NCBI GenBank assembly: GCA_024679535.1
Contig: JAIBDF010000001.1
Location: forward strand, 21,748-85,747
DNA length: 64,000 nucleotides
Source of the DNA: Chromatiales bacterium
GTDB lineage: Bacteria > Pseudomonadota > Gammaproteobacteria > Steroidobacterales > Woeseiaceae
Reading direction: 5' to 3'
Every line of letters starts with the position of its first letter. Position 1 is the first letter of the stretch. Position numbers and translations under genes: made by a program. Of the stretch, positions 43,207 to 52,227 are shown one piece after another. The notes under the pieces are model-generated. The model was not told where the DNA came from. It ran no database searches and saw only the letters and a list, made by a program, of their open reading frames with translations.

Positions 43207-43882
43207 CCCTGTTCTTGAGTGCCGCAATGTTGTGCGGGAATTCAGCGAAGGCGTAACGACGTTGCAAGTTCTTCGCGGTGTAAATCTGGCCGTGCAGCCA
43301 GCGGAGCGTGTCGCGATTATCGGCTCCTCGGGATCGGGAAAGACAACCCTGTTGCAGATCATGGGTGGTCTCGACGATCCCAGCGAAGGTGGGGTCCTGG
43401 TCAACGGTGCGGCGATGCACGGCACAACGGAAACAGCAAAGGGCGAATTGCGCAATCGCTACATCGGCTTCATATACCAGTTTCATCACCTGCTGCCGGA
43501 GTTCACTGCCGAGGAAAACGTGGCCATGCCGTTGCTGATTCGTCGGGAGTCCAGGCCGGCGGCATTTGAGGCGGCTCGCAGCCTGTTGGGTCGGGTCGGG
43601 TTGGGTGAGCGCCTGCATCATAAGCCAGGAGAGCTGTCGGGTGGCGAACGTCAGCGGGCGGCCGTGGCAAGGGCGCTCATTACGCGTCCGCAGTTAGTTC
43701 TGGCCGATGAGCCGACGGGCAACCTCGACTCAGGCAATGGCGAACATGTACTGGGGCTGATGCTGGAATTGAATGAGGAGTTGCAGACCAGCCTCGTCAT
43801 CGTAACGCACGATCATTCCATCGCTGCACGCATGGATCGCATTCTTGTGCTCGAGGATGGCATCCTCAAGGACTCAGCCTGA
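43199..43882 (+). CDS. lolD: Lipoprotein-releasing ABC ATPase
   Basis: [29 protein letters not shown] and DEPTGNLD motifs. Confidence 0.95.
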   Translation: MTNPVLECRNVVREFSEGVTTLQVLRGVNLAVQPAERVAIIGSSGSGKTTLLQIMGGLDDPSEGGVLVNGAAMHGTTETAKGELRNRYIGFIYQFHHLLPEFTAEENVAMPLLIRRESRPAAFEAARSLLGRVGLGERLHHKPGELSGGERQRAAVARALITRPQLVLADEPTGNLDSGNGEHVLGLMLELNEELQTSLVIVTHDHSIAARMDRILVLEDGILKDSA

Positions 43883-44404
43883 GTCCTTGTTGCGGCGGTC
43901 CTTGCGTTTGCGTTCCTTGTATTTCGCGAGGGAACTGCGCCAAAGAATATCGAGCGTAGCGTAGCCGGCGATCGCGGCCGTCACCCCGAGTAACACACTG
44001 CCCAGCAGCATCGGTTGCCAGATGTTTACGAATGTATGCGTCAGCCAGTCCAGTGACGGCTCAAAAGCGAACGGCTGCAATTCCCAGCCCAGCAGGGCCG
44101 AACCGAGTTGGTACTCGAAGTAGTACATGGGGACCATGGTCGCCGGATTACTCACCCACGTTGCTGCTGCTGCGACGGGGATATTGACGCGGAATGCGAG
44201 CGCCAGCAGTACCGCGGCAAGCGTGTGCCCGAAGACGGGCATGAAGGCAATAAAGAGTCCGAGCGCGAAGGCGGGAACGACCCAGCGACGCTGCACACCC
44301 CATAGCCTGTGATCGTGGAGCAGGTGCCGAAACGGCAACATGAACCACTGCTTGGCGATGTGGTTGCGTTTGAAGGCGAATTTCTTAAAAACGCGTCTGG
44401 GCAT
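43874..44404 (-). CDS. DUF2062 family membrane protein
   Basis: [10 protein letters not shown] and [16 protein letters not shown] motifs; lolD-DUF2062-comEC neighbourhood. Confidence 0.82.
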   Translation of the reverse strand: MPRRVFKKFAFKRNHIAKQWFMLPFRHLLHDHRLWGVQRRWVVPAFALGLFIAFMPVFGHTLAAVLLALAFRVNIPVAAAATWVSNPATMVPMYYFEYQLGSALLGWELQPFAFEPSLDWLTHTFVNIWQPMLLGSVLLGVTAAIAGYATLDILWRSSLAKYKERKRKDRRNKDSG

Positions 44405-44432
44405 TCCGGTGTTTCCGGGTTCATAATAAAAG

Positions 44433-46733
44433 TTGCTGACGTCGAGCGCCGCTTCCGTGACTAGAACCTGTCTCCTGCTATTGGCGGGCGGACTGGCCGC
44501 GCAGCATAGCACGCTGCTGCTACCGTCGGACCAGTCCCGATTGCTGTTGGTTGCAACTTTATTACTATTGCTCGCGCGCCGGGGGCGGGCTGTGGCGATG
44601 TTCCTCGGAGGCTATGCGCTGTTCATGCTGGCAAGCGGGGACATCATTGGGAAACGGCTGCTGGCAGACTATGCCGGCGACAGCATGCTGGCGCGAGTAC
44701 GCGTGCTCGACTTTCCGAAGGCGACCGGAGATTCGATCGTTTTTCTCATTGAGTCGGTGGACGATCCTCGAGTGCCCGCCCGTGTACGCGTCAGCTGGTT
44801 TAGCCCGCCACGCGCTCCGGCGATCGGAGAAATCTGGGAGCTTGAATTGCGGCTGCAAGTACCGCGCGGCACCAGCAATCCAGGCGTATTTGACTACGAG
44901 TCGTGGCTGTTTAGAGAGAAAATTCACGCGACTGGCTACGTGGTCGGCGGTAAGCGCAACCGCCTGCTGTGGTCCGGCACCAGCTCAGCTCTTGATCGCT
45001 TCAGGCAACGGTTTGCCGCGCGCGCCCTGGATGCCGCGGCATCCACCGAGACGGCCGGCGTGCTGGCGGCGGTGGGTGTGGGCCTGCGCCACCAGATTTC
45101 ACGTGAGCAGTGGGACCGGTTTGCGGTCTCAGGGACCAGTCACCTGATGGCCATCTCGGGCCTGCACGTCGGACTCGCGGCGCTCGCATCGTTCCTGGTT
45201 GTCTTTGTCTTGCTCGGAGTCCTCCCGGGGCACAGGAACACCTACGTTGCGGCGATCATCGCCGGACTCGGATTCGCGCTGGCGTACGCGGTTGTATCGG
45301 GGTTGGGTGTTCCAGCAAGACGGGCCGTCATCATGCTTGGAGTTGCCGCACTCGCCGTGTCGAGACGGCGGCAGGTCGCTCCTGTCGCGGCTGTCTCACT
45401 TGCGGCCGCGCTGGTCTACATTCTCGATCCCGTCGCAACGATGCGCCCCGGCTTTGATCTTTCCTTTGCAGCGGTCGTGCTGTTGTTGTGGCTGGCAAAA
45501 CGCGGGCGCGACCCGTCGGTGATCCCGCGGTGGCTCGACGCGCCACGGCAGCTGCTGATCATGCAGGTGTTCCTGTTGTTTGGCCTGTTACCACTAACCG
45601 CGCTTATGTTTCAGCGCTTCGCCATTGTTGCCACTCCCGTCAACCTGGTAGCCGTGCCGGTCTTCAGCTTTGTATCGGTTCCGCTCACGTTGGCGGCGTT
45701 GGTCGTTGGAGATCTGTCAGAAGGACTGGCCGGCAACCTGCTGGCGATCGCAGCCCAGACTATTGACGCACTCGACCGCTACATCGAGTTCATGGCGAGC
45801 CTGCCAATGGCGGACCTGAGGCTGGCGGCATTCGGCGGTGGCAGTGTGCTGTTGCTGTGCCTGCCGCTGGCATGGGTGCTCTTTCCGCCAGGTTGGCCTG
45901 GGCGGTCTCTGGCGCTTCTGGGTATTCTCGCGATCGTGACGTGGCGACCGCCCGCGCCGCCGGCCGGCTGCTTCGATACCTGGATTCTGGATGTGGGCCA
46001 GGGGCTGGCCGTCGCGGTCCAGACGCACGCAGGCGTGATGCTGTTCGATACGGGCATGGCCTGGCGTGGCGGCGGCAGTGCGGCAGAGCAGAGCATTGTG
46101 CCGTTTCTGCGCGCGCGTGGCCTGCGTCATGTGAACCAGCTCGTCATTTCGCACGGGGATCTCGATCACAGTGGCGGAGTGGAGTCCATCCGGCGTGAGA
46201 TTGGCGTCGGTCACGTGCTTGCGGGAGAGCAAAGTGACCGTTTCGCGAGCAGCCGATGTCGGGCCGGGCAGTACTGGGAATCGGCAGGCATCCGGTTTGA
46301 GGTCCTGCACCCGGCGCGATCGTCCTCGGCGGCAGGCAATGCAGCATCCTGCGTCGTACGTGTCTCAGCTGGCCCCTACGGCATGCTCCTTACCGGTGAC
46401 ATCGAGGCCAGCTCCGAATACCGGTTAGTCCGCAACGGGGCGTCTGTGGCGAGCGACATCGTGGTTGTGCCGCATCACGGCAGCTTGACGTCATCGACGG
46501 TGCCATTCGCCGACTCGGTACGGCCTTCCTATGCCGTGGTATCCGCGGGGTACAGCAATCGTTGGGGATTTCCAAAGCCGCTCGTTGTCGACCGCTGGCG
46601 TGCCGTGGGCGCCACGGTGATCAATACCGCATCGAGTGGCGCGATCCATTTTCGTGTCTGCAGCCGTGGCGGCATCGTCGCCATGAGTCGGGAACGCCAA
46701 CTTCGTCACCGTTTCTGGCATGCCCGACGTTGA
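44433..46733 (+). CDS. comEC: DNA internalization competence protein ComEC/Rec2
   Basis: SHLMAISGLHVG, LDVGQG, ISHGDLDHSGG and PHHGS (beta-lactamase-fold domain); start uncertain. Confidence 0.93.
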   Translation: MLTSSAASVTRTCLLLLAGGLAAQHSTLLLPSDQSRLLLVATLLLLLARRGRAVAMFLGGYALFMLASGDIIGKRLLADYAGDSMLARVRVLDFPKATGDSIVFLIESVDDPRVPARVRVSWFSPPRAPAIGEIWELELRLQVPRGTSNPGVFDYESWLFREKIHATGYVVGGKRNRLLWSGTSSALDRFRQRFAARALDAAASTETAGVLAAVGVGLRHQISREQWDRFAVSGTSHLMAISGLHVGLAALASFLVVFVLLGVLPGHRNTYVAAIIAGLGFALAYAVVSGLGVPARRAVIMLGVAALAVSRRRQVAPVAAVSLAAALVYILDPVATMRPGFDLSFAAVVLLLWLAKRGRDPSVIPRWLDAPRQLLIMQVFLLFGLLPLTALMFQRFAIVATPVNLVAVPVFSFVSVPLTLAALVVGDLSEGLAGNLLAIAAQTIDALDRYIEFMASLPMADLRLAAFGGGSVLLLCLPLAWVLFPPGWPGRSLALLGILAIVTWRPPAPPAGCFDTWILDVGQGLAVAVQTHAGVMLFDTGMAWRGGGSAAEQSIVPFLRARGLRHVNQLVISHGDLDHSGGVESIRREIGVGHVLAGEQSDRFASSRCRAGQYWESAGIRFEVLHPARSSSAAGNAASCVVRVSAGPYGMLLTGDIEASSEYRLVRNGASVASDIVVVPHHGSLTSSTVPFADSVRPSYAVVSAGYSNRWGFPKPLVVDRWRAVGATVINTASSGAIHFRVCSRGGIVAMSRERQLRHRFWHARR

Positions 46734-46776
46734 ATACTGTTGTATATTTCATTTTTCGCATTGGGTCTGGTTTTTT

Positions 46777-47421
46777 ATGGTTGAGATAGTCAAATCCGGC
46801 GGCTGGCTGATGTTGCCGATTATCCTCTGCGCGATCATCGCAATGGGGATCATCCTCGAGCGTTTCTGGACGCTGCAGCAAAAACGGGTCATCCCGGAGG
46901 ATCTGACCAGCAAAGTCTGGGGCTGGGTCAAGAAAGACCAGCTGGATCAGAAACAGATCCAGACCCTGCACCAGGGTTCGGCACTCGGTCAGATCCTGGC
47001 CGCGGGCCTGATAAATCGCGATCGCGATCGACTGGTGCTCAAGGATTCAATCGAGGATACCGGGCGTCATGTTGTGCACGAACTGGAGCGCTACCTGGAG
47101 ACACTGGGAACGGTTGCGGCCGTGACGCCACTACTGGGTCTGCTGGGAACGGTCATCGGTATGGTAAAAGTGTTTACGGCGATCACTACGCATGGCGTGG
47201 GCAACCCGACCGTCCTGGCCGGCGGTATCGCGGAGGCCCTGATCACGACGGCTGCAGGCCTGACCGTAGCCATCCCGGCGCTGATCGGTTATCGCTACTA
47301 CCGCTCACGTGTTGACACTCTGGTGGTCGACATGGAGAAGGAGGCCATCAAGCTTGTCGAAGCGCTGCATCGCCGCAATGAACGGGATGACCAGGGTCAG
47401 GGCAGGAAGGACGATGCATGA
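46777..47421 (+). CDS. exbB: MotA/TolQ/ExbB proton channel protein
   Basis: PLLGLLGTVIGM and GIAEALITTAAGL motifs. Confidence 0.9.
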   Translation: MVEIVKSGGWLMLPIILCAIIAMGIILERFWTLQQKRVIPEDLTSKVWGWVKKDQLDQKQIQTLHQGSALGQILAAGLINRDRDRLVLKDSIEDTGRHVVHELERYLETLGTVAAVTPLLGLLGTVIGMVKVFTAITTHGVGNPTVLAGGIAEALITTAAGLTVAIPALIGYRYYRSRVDTLVVDMEKEAIKLVEALHRRNERDDQGQGRKDDA

Positions 47422-47840
47422 AACTTAGCTTGCGGCAACGCACGCAGCCGGAAGTTAACCTGACGTCGCTCATCGATGTCGTGTTGTTGCTGTTGATCTT
47501 CTTCATGGTGTCGACGAGCTTCGTCAAGCAGTCGCAGATCACCATTCGACTGCCAGAGGCGGAAAGCACAGCCATCGTTGAAGAAGTGCCGGAGCAAATC
47601 GATATCATGATTACGGCAACCGGAATGTATCTTGTCAACGGGCGAGAGCTCATCAACAATCGCGCAGAGACCATCAGGAATGCGCTGCAGAAAACGTCCG
47701 GTGGCAACAACAATTTGCCCTTGACGATCAGTGCCGATGCCAACGCCAAACATCAGGACGTTATCACGGCCATGGACGTTGCAGGCAGACTCGGTTTTAC
47801 CCAGATAAGTATCGCAACGGTCAACGATCCGGTTGAGTGA
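47418..47840 (+). CDS. exbD: ExbD/TolR protein
   Basis: NLTSLIDVVLLLLIFFMV with the conserved TM Asp. Confidence 0.9.
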   Translation: MKLSLRQRTQPEVNLTSLIDVVLLLLIFFMVSTSFVKQSQITIRLPEAESTAIVEEVPEQIDIMITATGMYLVNGRELINNRAETIRNALQKTSGGNNNLPLTISADANAKHQDVITAMDVAGRLGFTQISIATVNDPVE

Positions 47841-49605
47841 CGTGAATAAATCCATTGGTCCCGAGGTTAAGGTCGTTTACGGCCGCCTGTGGCGATACGT
47901 AACACCGCACAAGCTGATCGGCTTCATCGCGGTTATCGGCATGGCTGCCACGGCAGCCATTGAGGCAGCGCTCGTCTACCTGCTGCAACCGTTAATGGAT
48001 GACGCTCTGGTTGCCAAGAATCTCGAGCAGGCCCAATGGATACCGATCGCGTTCATGGGCATTTTCGTGTTGCGTGGCCTGTCTGGCTTCGCGACGGAAA
48101 TGTCGCTGGGATGGATCGGGCGGCGCGTCATTTCCGATCTGCGCTGCCACGTGTTCGATAAGTTCCTGACTTTACCCATCCGCTTCTTCGACTCGCAGGC
48201 AGCAGGGCCGCTTTTGTCGCGTATGACATACAACGTGGAAATGGTGGCGGAGTCCGTGACCAGCGTCGTAACGATTGCGGTGCGCGATACGCTGACGGTC
48301 ATTGCGGCATTCGGGGTGATGATCTACCACAGCCCGACATTGACCATCTTCGTTGCCATCCTGTTCCCCATCGTCGCAGTGATCGTGCGTCTGCTTGGCG
48401 TTGCTTTCAGGCGTTATAGCAGTCGCATTCAGGATTCGGTTGGCGACGTGACGCAGGTTAGTGACGAGGTCATTCGTGGCAATTGGGTCGTCAAGGCATT
48501 TGGCGGTTACAAGTACGAACGCGATCGTTTTGCCGAAGCTGACGGCCGTAATTTCAAACAGAACATGAAACTAATTCGCGTGCGCTCGCTCGGGGTGGCC
48601 GTGACGCAGGTCGTCTTCGGCTTCGGTATCGCCCTGGTGATTTACTTGGCTGGCCGGCAATCAATCGAGGGCGTGCTTAGTCCGGGACAGTTCATTTCAT
48701 TCTTCTCGGCCATGATGTTGATGCTGCAACCCGTACGCCGCATAACAAATGTGAATGCCACCCTGCAACGCGGCGTCGCTGCGGCCGACAGTTTGTTCAT
48801 GATTCTTGACCAGGAGAATGAGCAGGACAAGGGGCGCTTCGAGAAAGAACGTGCAGATGGCGACGTCGTGTTTGACCACATTGACTTCACGTACGGAGAC
48901 GCTGAGGATCCGGTCATCAGAGACCTGCGCGTGGAGGTGGCGGCGGGAAGCACCCTCGCGATCGTCGGTCATTCCGGCAGCGGCAAGTCCACACTCGTCA
49001 GCCTCCTGCCACGCTTCTACGACGTCGACGCAGGTGAGATACGTCTTGATGGCATTCCCATCACTGAATATTCGTTAGCGAGCCTGAGGAACAACATCAG
49101 TGTCGTCAGTCAGGATGTCGTACTGTTCAACGATACGATTCGCGCCAACCTCGCTTACGGACAACTCGAGCCGCCGTCAGAAGAGGAACTGCTCAAGGCC
49201 GCCGAAGCCGCGCATGTTCTTGAGTTCGTCAATGACCTTCCGCTGGGGCTGGATACGATCGTTGGCGACCGTGGGGTGTTGCTTTCGGGCGGTCAGCGAC
49301 AACGCATCGCGATTGGCCGCGCGCTGCTGAAAAATGCGCCGGTGCTGATCCTCGACGAGGCAACATCGGCTCTCGATACGCATTCGGAGCGCCGCATTCA
49401 GGATGCACTGAACGCATTGATGGAAAACCGCACCACACTGGTAATCGCGCATCGCCTGTCGACAGTGGAGAAGGCCGACCGGATTATCGTGCTCGACGCG
49501 GGACGCATCGTCGAGTCGGGCAACCATGCCCAGCTGCTTGCAAAGAACGGACACTATGCAGCGTTGTACCGCATGCAATTCAGCGAAGAGACGCAGGACG
49601 AGTGA
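47833..49605 (+). CDS. msbA: Lipid A ABC flippase MsbA
   Basis: TM domain plus GHSGSGKS, LSGGQRQR and LDEATSALD; adjacent to lpxK. Confidence 0.94.
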   Translation: MSDVNKSIGPEVKVVYGRLWRYVTPHKLIGFIAVIGMAATAAIEAALVYLLQPLMDDALVAKNLEQAQWIPIAFMGIFVLRGLSGFATEMSLGWIGRRVISDLRCHVFDKFLTLPIRFFDSQAAGPLLSRMTYNVEMVAESVTSVVTIAVRDTLTVIAAFGVMIYHSPTLTIFVAILFPIVAVIVRLLGVAFRRYSSRIQDSVGDVTQVSDEVIRGNWVVKAFGGYKYERDRFAEADGRNFKQNMKLIRVRSLGVAVTQVVFGFGIALVIYLAGRQSIEGVLSPGQFISFFSAMMLMLQPVRRITNVNATLQRGVAAADSLFMILDQENEQDKGRFEKERADGDVVFDHIDFTYGDAEDPVIRDLRVEVAAGSTLAIVGHSGSGKSTLVSLLPRFYDVDAGEIRLDGIPITEYSLASLRNNISVVSQDVVLFNDTIRANLAYGQLEPPSEEELLKAAEAAHVLEFVNDLPLGLDTIVGDRGVLLSGGQRQRIAIGRALLKNAPVLILDEATSALDTHSERRIQDALNALMENRTTLVIAHRLSTVEKADRIIVLDAGRIVESGNHAQLLAKNGHYAALYRMQFSEETQDE

Positions 49606-50642
49606 GCGCCGGCCCGGTTTATGCCTGGATTCATCGCGCCTGGTATGAGGACGCGCCGTCGGGCTGGTTGCTACTGCCCCTGAGCGGACTCTACTGGCTG
49701 GTTCTCTACGTGACGCGACTATTGCGCGCCTGTGGCGTACTCCGCACGCACAAGGCAGCCGTGCCCGTCGTGATTGTCGGCAATATCACCGCTGGGGGAA
49801 CAGGCAAGACGCCAACCGTGCTTTGGCTGGTGCAGGAGCTTCGAGCTCGCGGTTTCAGTCCCGGCATCGTGAGTCGCGGCTATGGCGGCAGTAAGGCGGA
49901 TTCCTCCATGCGCGTGGAGCCTGATACAGACGCAGCGGTCGCGGGTGACGAACCCGTACTGCTGGCCAAACGCGGCCAATGCCCTGTGGTTGTCGACCCG
50001 GATCGCGTGCGCGCGGCGCAAATGCTTGTTGACGACGGTGTAGATGTCATCGTTGCCGACGATGGTTTGCAGCACTATCGACTGGACCGCGACTATGAGA
50101 TTTGCGTGATCGATGGCGCGCGGGGCCTCGGAAACAGGCGGCTACTGCCGTCCGGGCCGCTGCGTGAAAGTGCCCGGCGCCTCGAGAGCGTAGAGCAGGT
50201 GCTGGTAAACGGGGAGCTGCGGGGATCCGAGTACGAGCTGACGACAGGCGAGCAGAATGCAATTTCCTTCGAACTCGTCGCGACCGACGTCTGCCGGCTG
50301 AATGGCTCGCTGGCGCGGCCCATAGGGCGCTTTGCCGGAACCACCGTGCATGCTGTTGCGGCAATAGGCAATCCACGCCGTTTCTTTGATTTATTGCGTG
50401 CGCAGAATATCCAGGTCATTGAGCATGTTTTCCCCGATCATGCTGTCCTTGCACGCAAGGACTTCGAGTTCGGTGATGATTTCGACGTCTTCATGACGGA
50501 GAAGGATGCCGTTAAACTGCGGCGCGATGTAACAGACAAACTCTGGTATGTACCCGTGAATCTCAGTATGGACCCGGTGCTTGCGGCACCGCTTATCGAA
50601 CAGATTGAATCGCGCCTGCGGACGGGGCAGGATGTCGCATGA
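49602..50642 (+). CDS. lpxK: Tetraacyldisaccharide 4'-kinase
   Basis: VGNITAGGTGKTP, SRGYG, DDGLQH and MTEKDAVK motifs. Confidence 0.96.
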   Translation: MSAGPVYAWIHRAWYEDAPSGWLLLPLSGLYWLVLYVTRLLRACGVLRTHKAAVPVVIVGNITAGGTGKTPTVLWLVQELRARGFSPGIVSRGYGGSKADSSMRVEPDTDAAVAGDEPVLLAKRGQCPVVVDPDRVRAAQMLVDDGVDVIVADDGLQHYRLDRDYEICVIDGARGLGNRRLLPSGPLRESARRLESVEQVLVNGELRGSEYELTTGEQNAISFELVATDVCRLNGSLARPIGRFAGTTVHAVAAIGNPRRFFDLLRAQNIQVIEHVFPDHAVLARKDFEFGDDFDVFMTEKDAVKLRRDVTDKLWYVPVNLSMDPVLAAPLIEQIESRLRTGQDVA

Positions 50643-51382
50643 CCGCATTCGTCGTAGTTATTCCCGCTCGCTACGCGTCGACCCGTCTGCCCGGTAAGGC
50701 TTTGCTCGATATTCATGGCAAGCCGATGCTGCAACACGTCTACGAACGGGGCATCGAGAGCGGCGCCAGCGAAGTGGTGATCGCCACGGATGACGAGCGC
50801 ATTGCGGCAGCTGCGGAGGCATTTGATGCCGTTGTCTGCATGACCGGCGATCATCATCAGTCAGGTACCGAGCGTATCGCGGAAGTGGCGGACCTGCTGA
50901 ACTGGAACGACACTCAGGTCGTCGTTAATTTACAGGGTGACGAACCGGCCATGCCGCCAGAGCTTATCGATCAGTGCGCTGCATTGCTCGATGATGCGAA
51001 CGTGGATATCGCTACCCTCGCTTCGCCATTTCTTTCGCAACAGGACTTTCAGAATCCCAACTGCGTAAAGGTCATCCGCAACATTCTCGATCATGCGATC
51101 TACTTCAGCCGTGCGGCGATTCCGTATCCGCGAGACGCGAGCAGCGATAAACGTGCCGCCAGGGCGGCGCTGCACCACCATGGTATCTATGCGTATCGTT
51201 GCGGCGTTCTACGCGCCTTTGTTGATGCTTCACCCTCTGAGCTTGAGGTTTGCGAGCAGTTGGAGCAGTTGCGCGCGCTGTCGCTCGGCATGACGATCGC
51301 CGTTGGTGTGCCTGCCGTCAGGCCGGGCACCGGTATCGATACGCCGGAGGACCTGGAGCGGGCCCGTCAGGAGAAACCATGA
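50639..51382 (+). CDS. kdsB: CMP-KDO synthetase
   Basis: IPARYASTRLPGK, SGTER, NLQGDEP and EQLEQLRAL motifs. Confidence 0.96.
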   Translation: MTAFVVVIPARYASTRLPGKALLDIHGKPMLQHVYERGIESGASEVVIATDDERIAAAAEAFDAVVCMTGDHHQSGTERIAEVADLLNWNDTQVVVNLQGDEPAMPPELIDQCAALLDDANVDIATLASPFLSQQDFQNPNCVKVIRNILDHAIYFSRAAIPYPRDASSDKRAARAALHHHGIYAYRCGVLRAFVDASPSELEVCEQLEQLRALSLGMTIAVGVPAVRPGTGIDTPEDLERARQEKP

Positions 51383-52227
51383 CCCACGATAGCAAGCCGT
51401 TGGACCAACGCGAGGTCGACGAAACGGGGATTCACTGGGATCAGGATATGAGCTACGACTCATACCTGTCGCTGGACAAATTGCTGGATAGTCAGAAGCT
51501 CGTTACCGGTGCGCACGATGAAATGATGTTCGTGATCATTCATCAGGCCTCCGAACTGTGGATGAAGCTTTGTATCCACGAAATCGGCGCGGCCATGCGT
51601 GAAGTTGAAAACGATAATCTGGGTGCCGTCTTCAAGATGCTGTCACGCGTGTCTCGTATCCAGGGGCAACTGCGACAAAGCTGGGCAGTGCTTTCTACCA
51701 TGACACCGGCGGACTACCTTGCCTTCCGCGATGATCTCGGACAAAGCTCGGGCTTTCAGTCCTTTCAGTATCGCGAGATCGAATTCGCATTAGGCAACAA
51801 GAACGCGGCACTTATCGAAGTGCACCGCAAGAATCCGCAGCGCTATGCACGTCTGCGCGAGGTTCTGCATGCCCCGAGCTTTTATGATCTGTGCCTGGGT
51901 CAGCTTGGGAAAAAAGGTTTCGATATTCCGTCGGACTATCTGGACCGTGACTGGTCGCAGCCTTACGCACCCAGCAAAGCAGTCGAGGCGGCCTGGGCCC
52001 GGGTATATTCTGATCCGTCGAAATACTGGGACTTGTATGAACTGGCGGAAAAACTCATCGATCTCGAACAGGAGTTCGCCATGTGGCGCTTCAGCCACAT
52101 GAAGACCGTGGAACGCATTATTGGATACCGGCAGGGTACCGGCGGCACCAGCGGCGTCGCGTTCCTTGAGAAGGCGCTCAAGCTGCGCTTTTTCCCCGAA
52201 CTCTGGACAGTCAGGTCTGAGCTGTAG
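51379..52227 (+). CDS. kynA: Tryptophan 2,3-dioxygenase
   Basis: Y.SYL.LD.LL, HDEMMFVIIHQASELWMK, SSGFQSFQYR, WRFSHMKTVERIIG and GTGGTSG motifs; ATGA overlap with kdsB. Confidence 0.95.
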   Translation: MTHDSKPLDQREVDETGIHWDQDMSYDSYLSLDKLLDSQKLVTGAHDEMMFVIIHQASELWMKLCIHEIGAAMREVENDNLGAVFKMLSRVSRIQGQLRQSWAVLSTMTPADYLAFRDDLGQSSGFQSFQYREIEFALGNKNAALIEVHRKNPQRYARLREVLHAPSFYDLCLGQLGKKGFDIPSDYLDRDWSQPYAPSKAVEAAWARVYSDPSKYWDLYELAEKLIDLEQEFAMWRFSHMKTVERIIGYRQGTGGTSGVAFLEKALKLRFFPELWTVRSEL

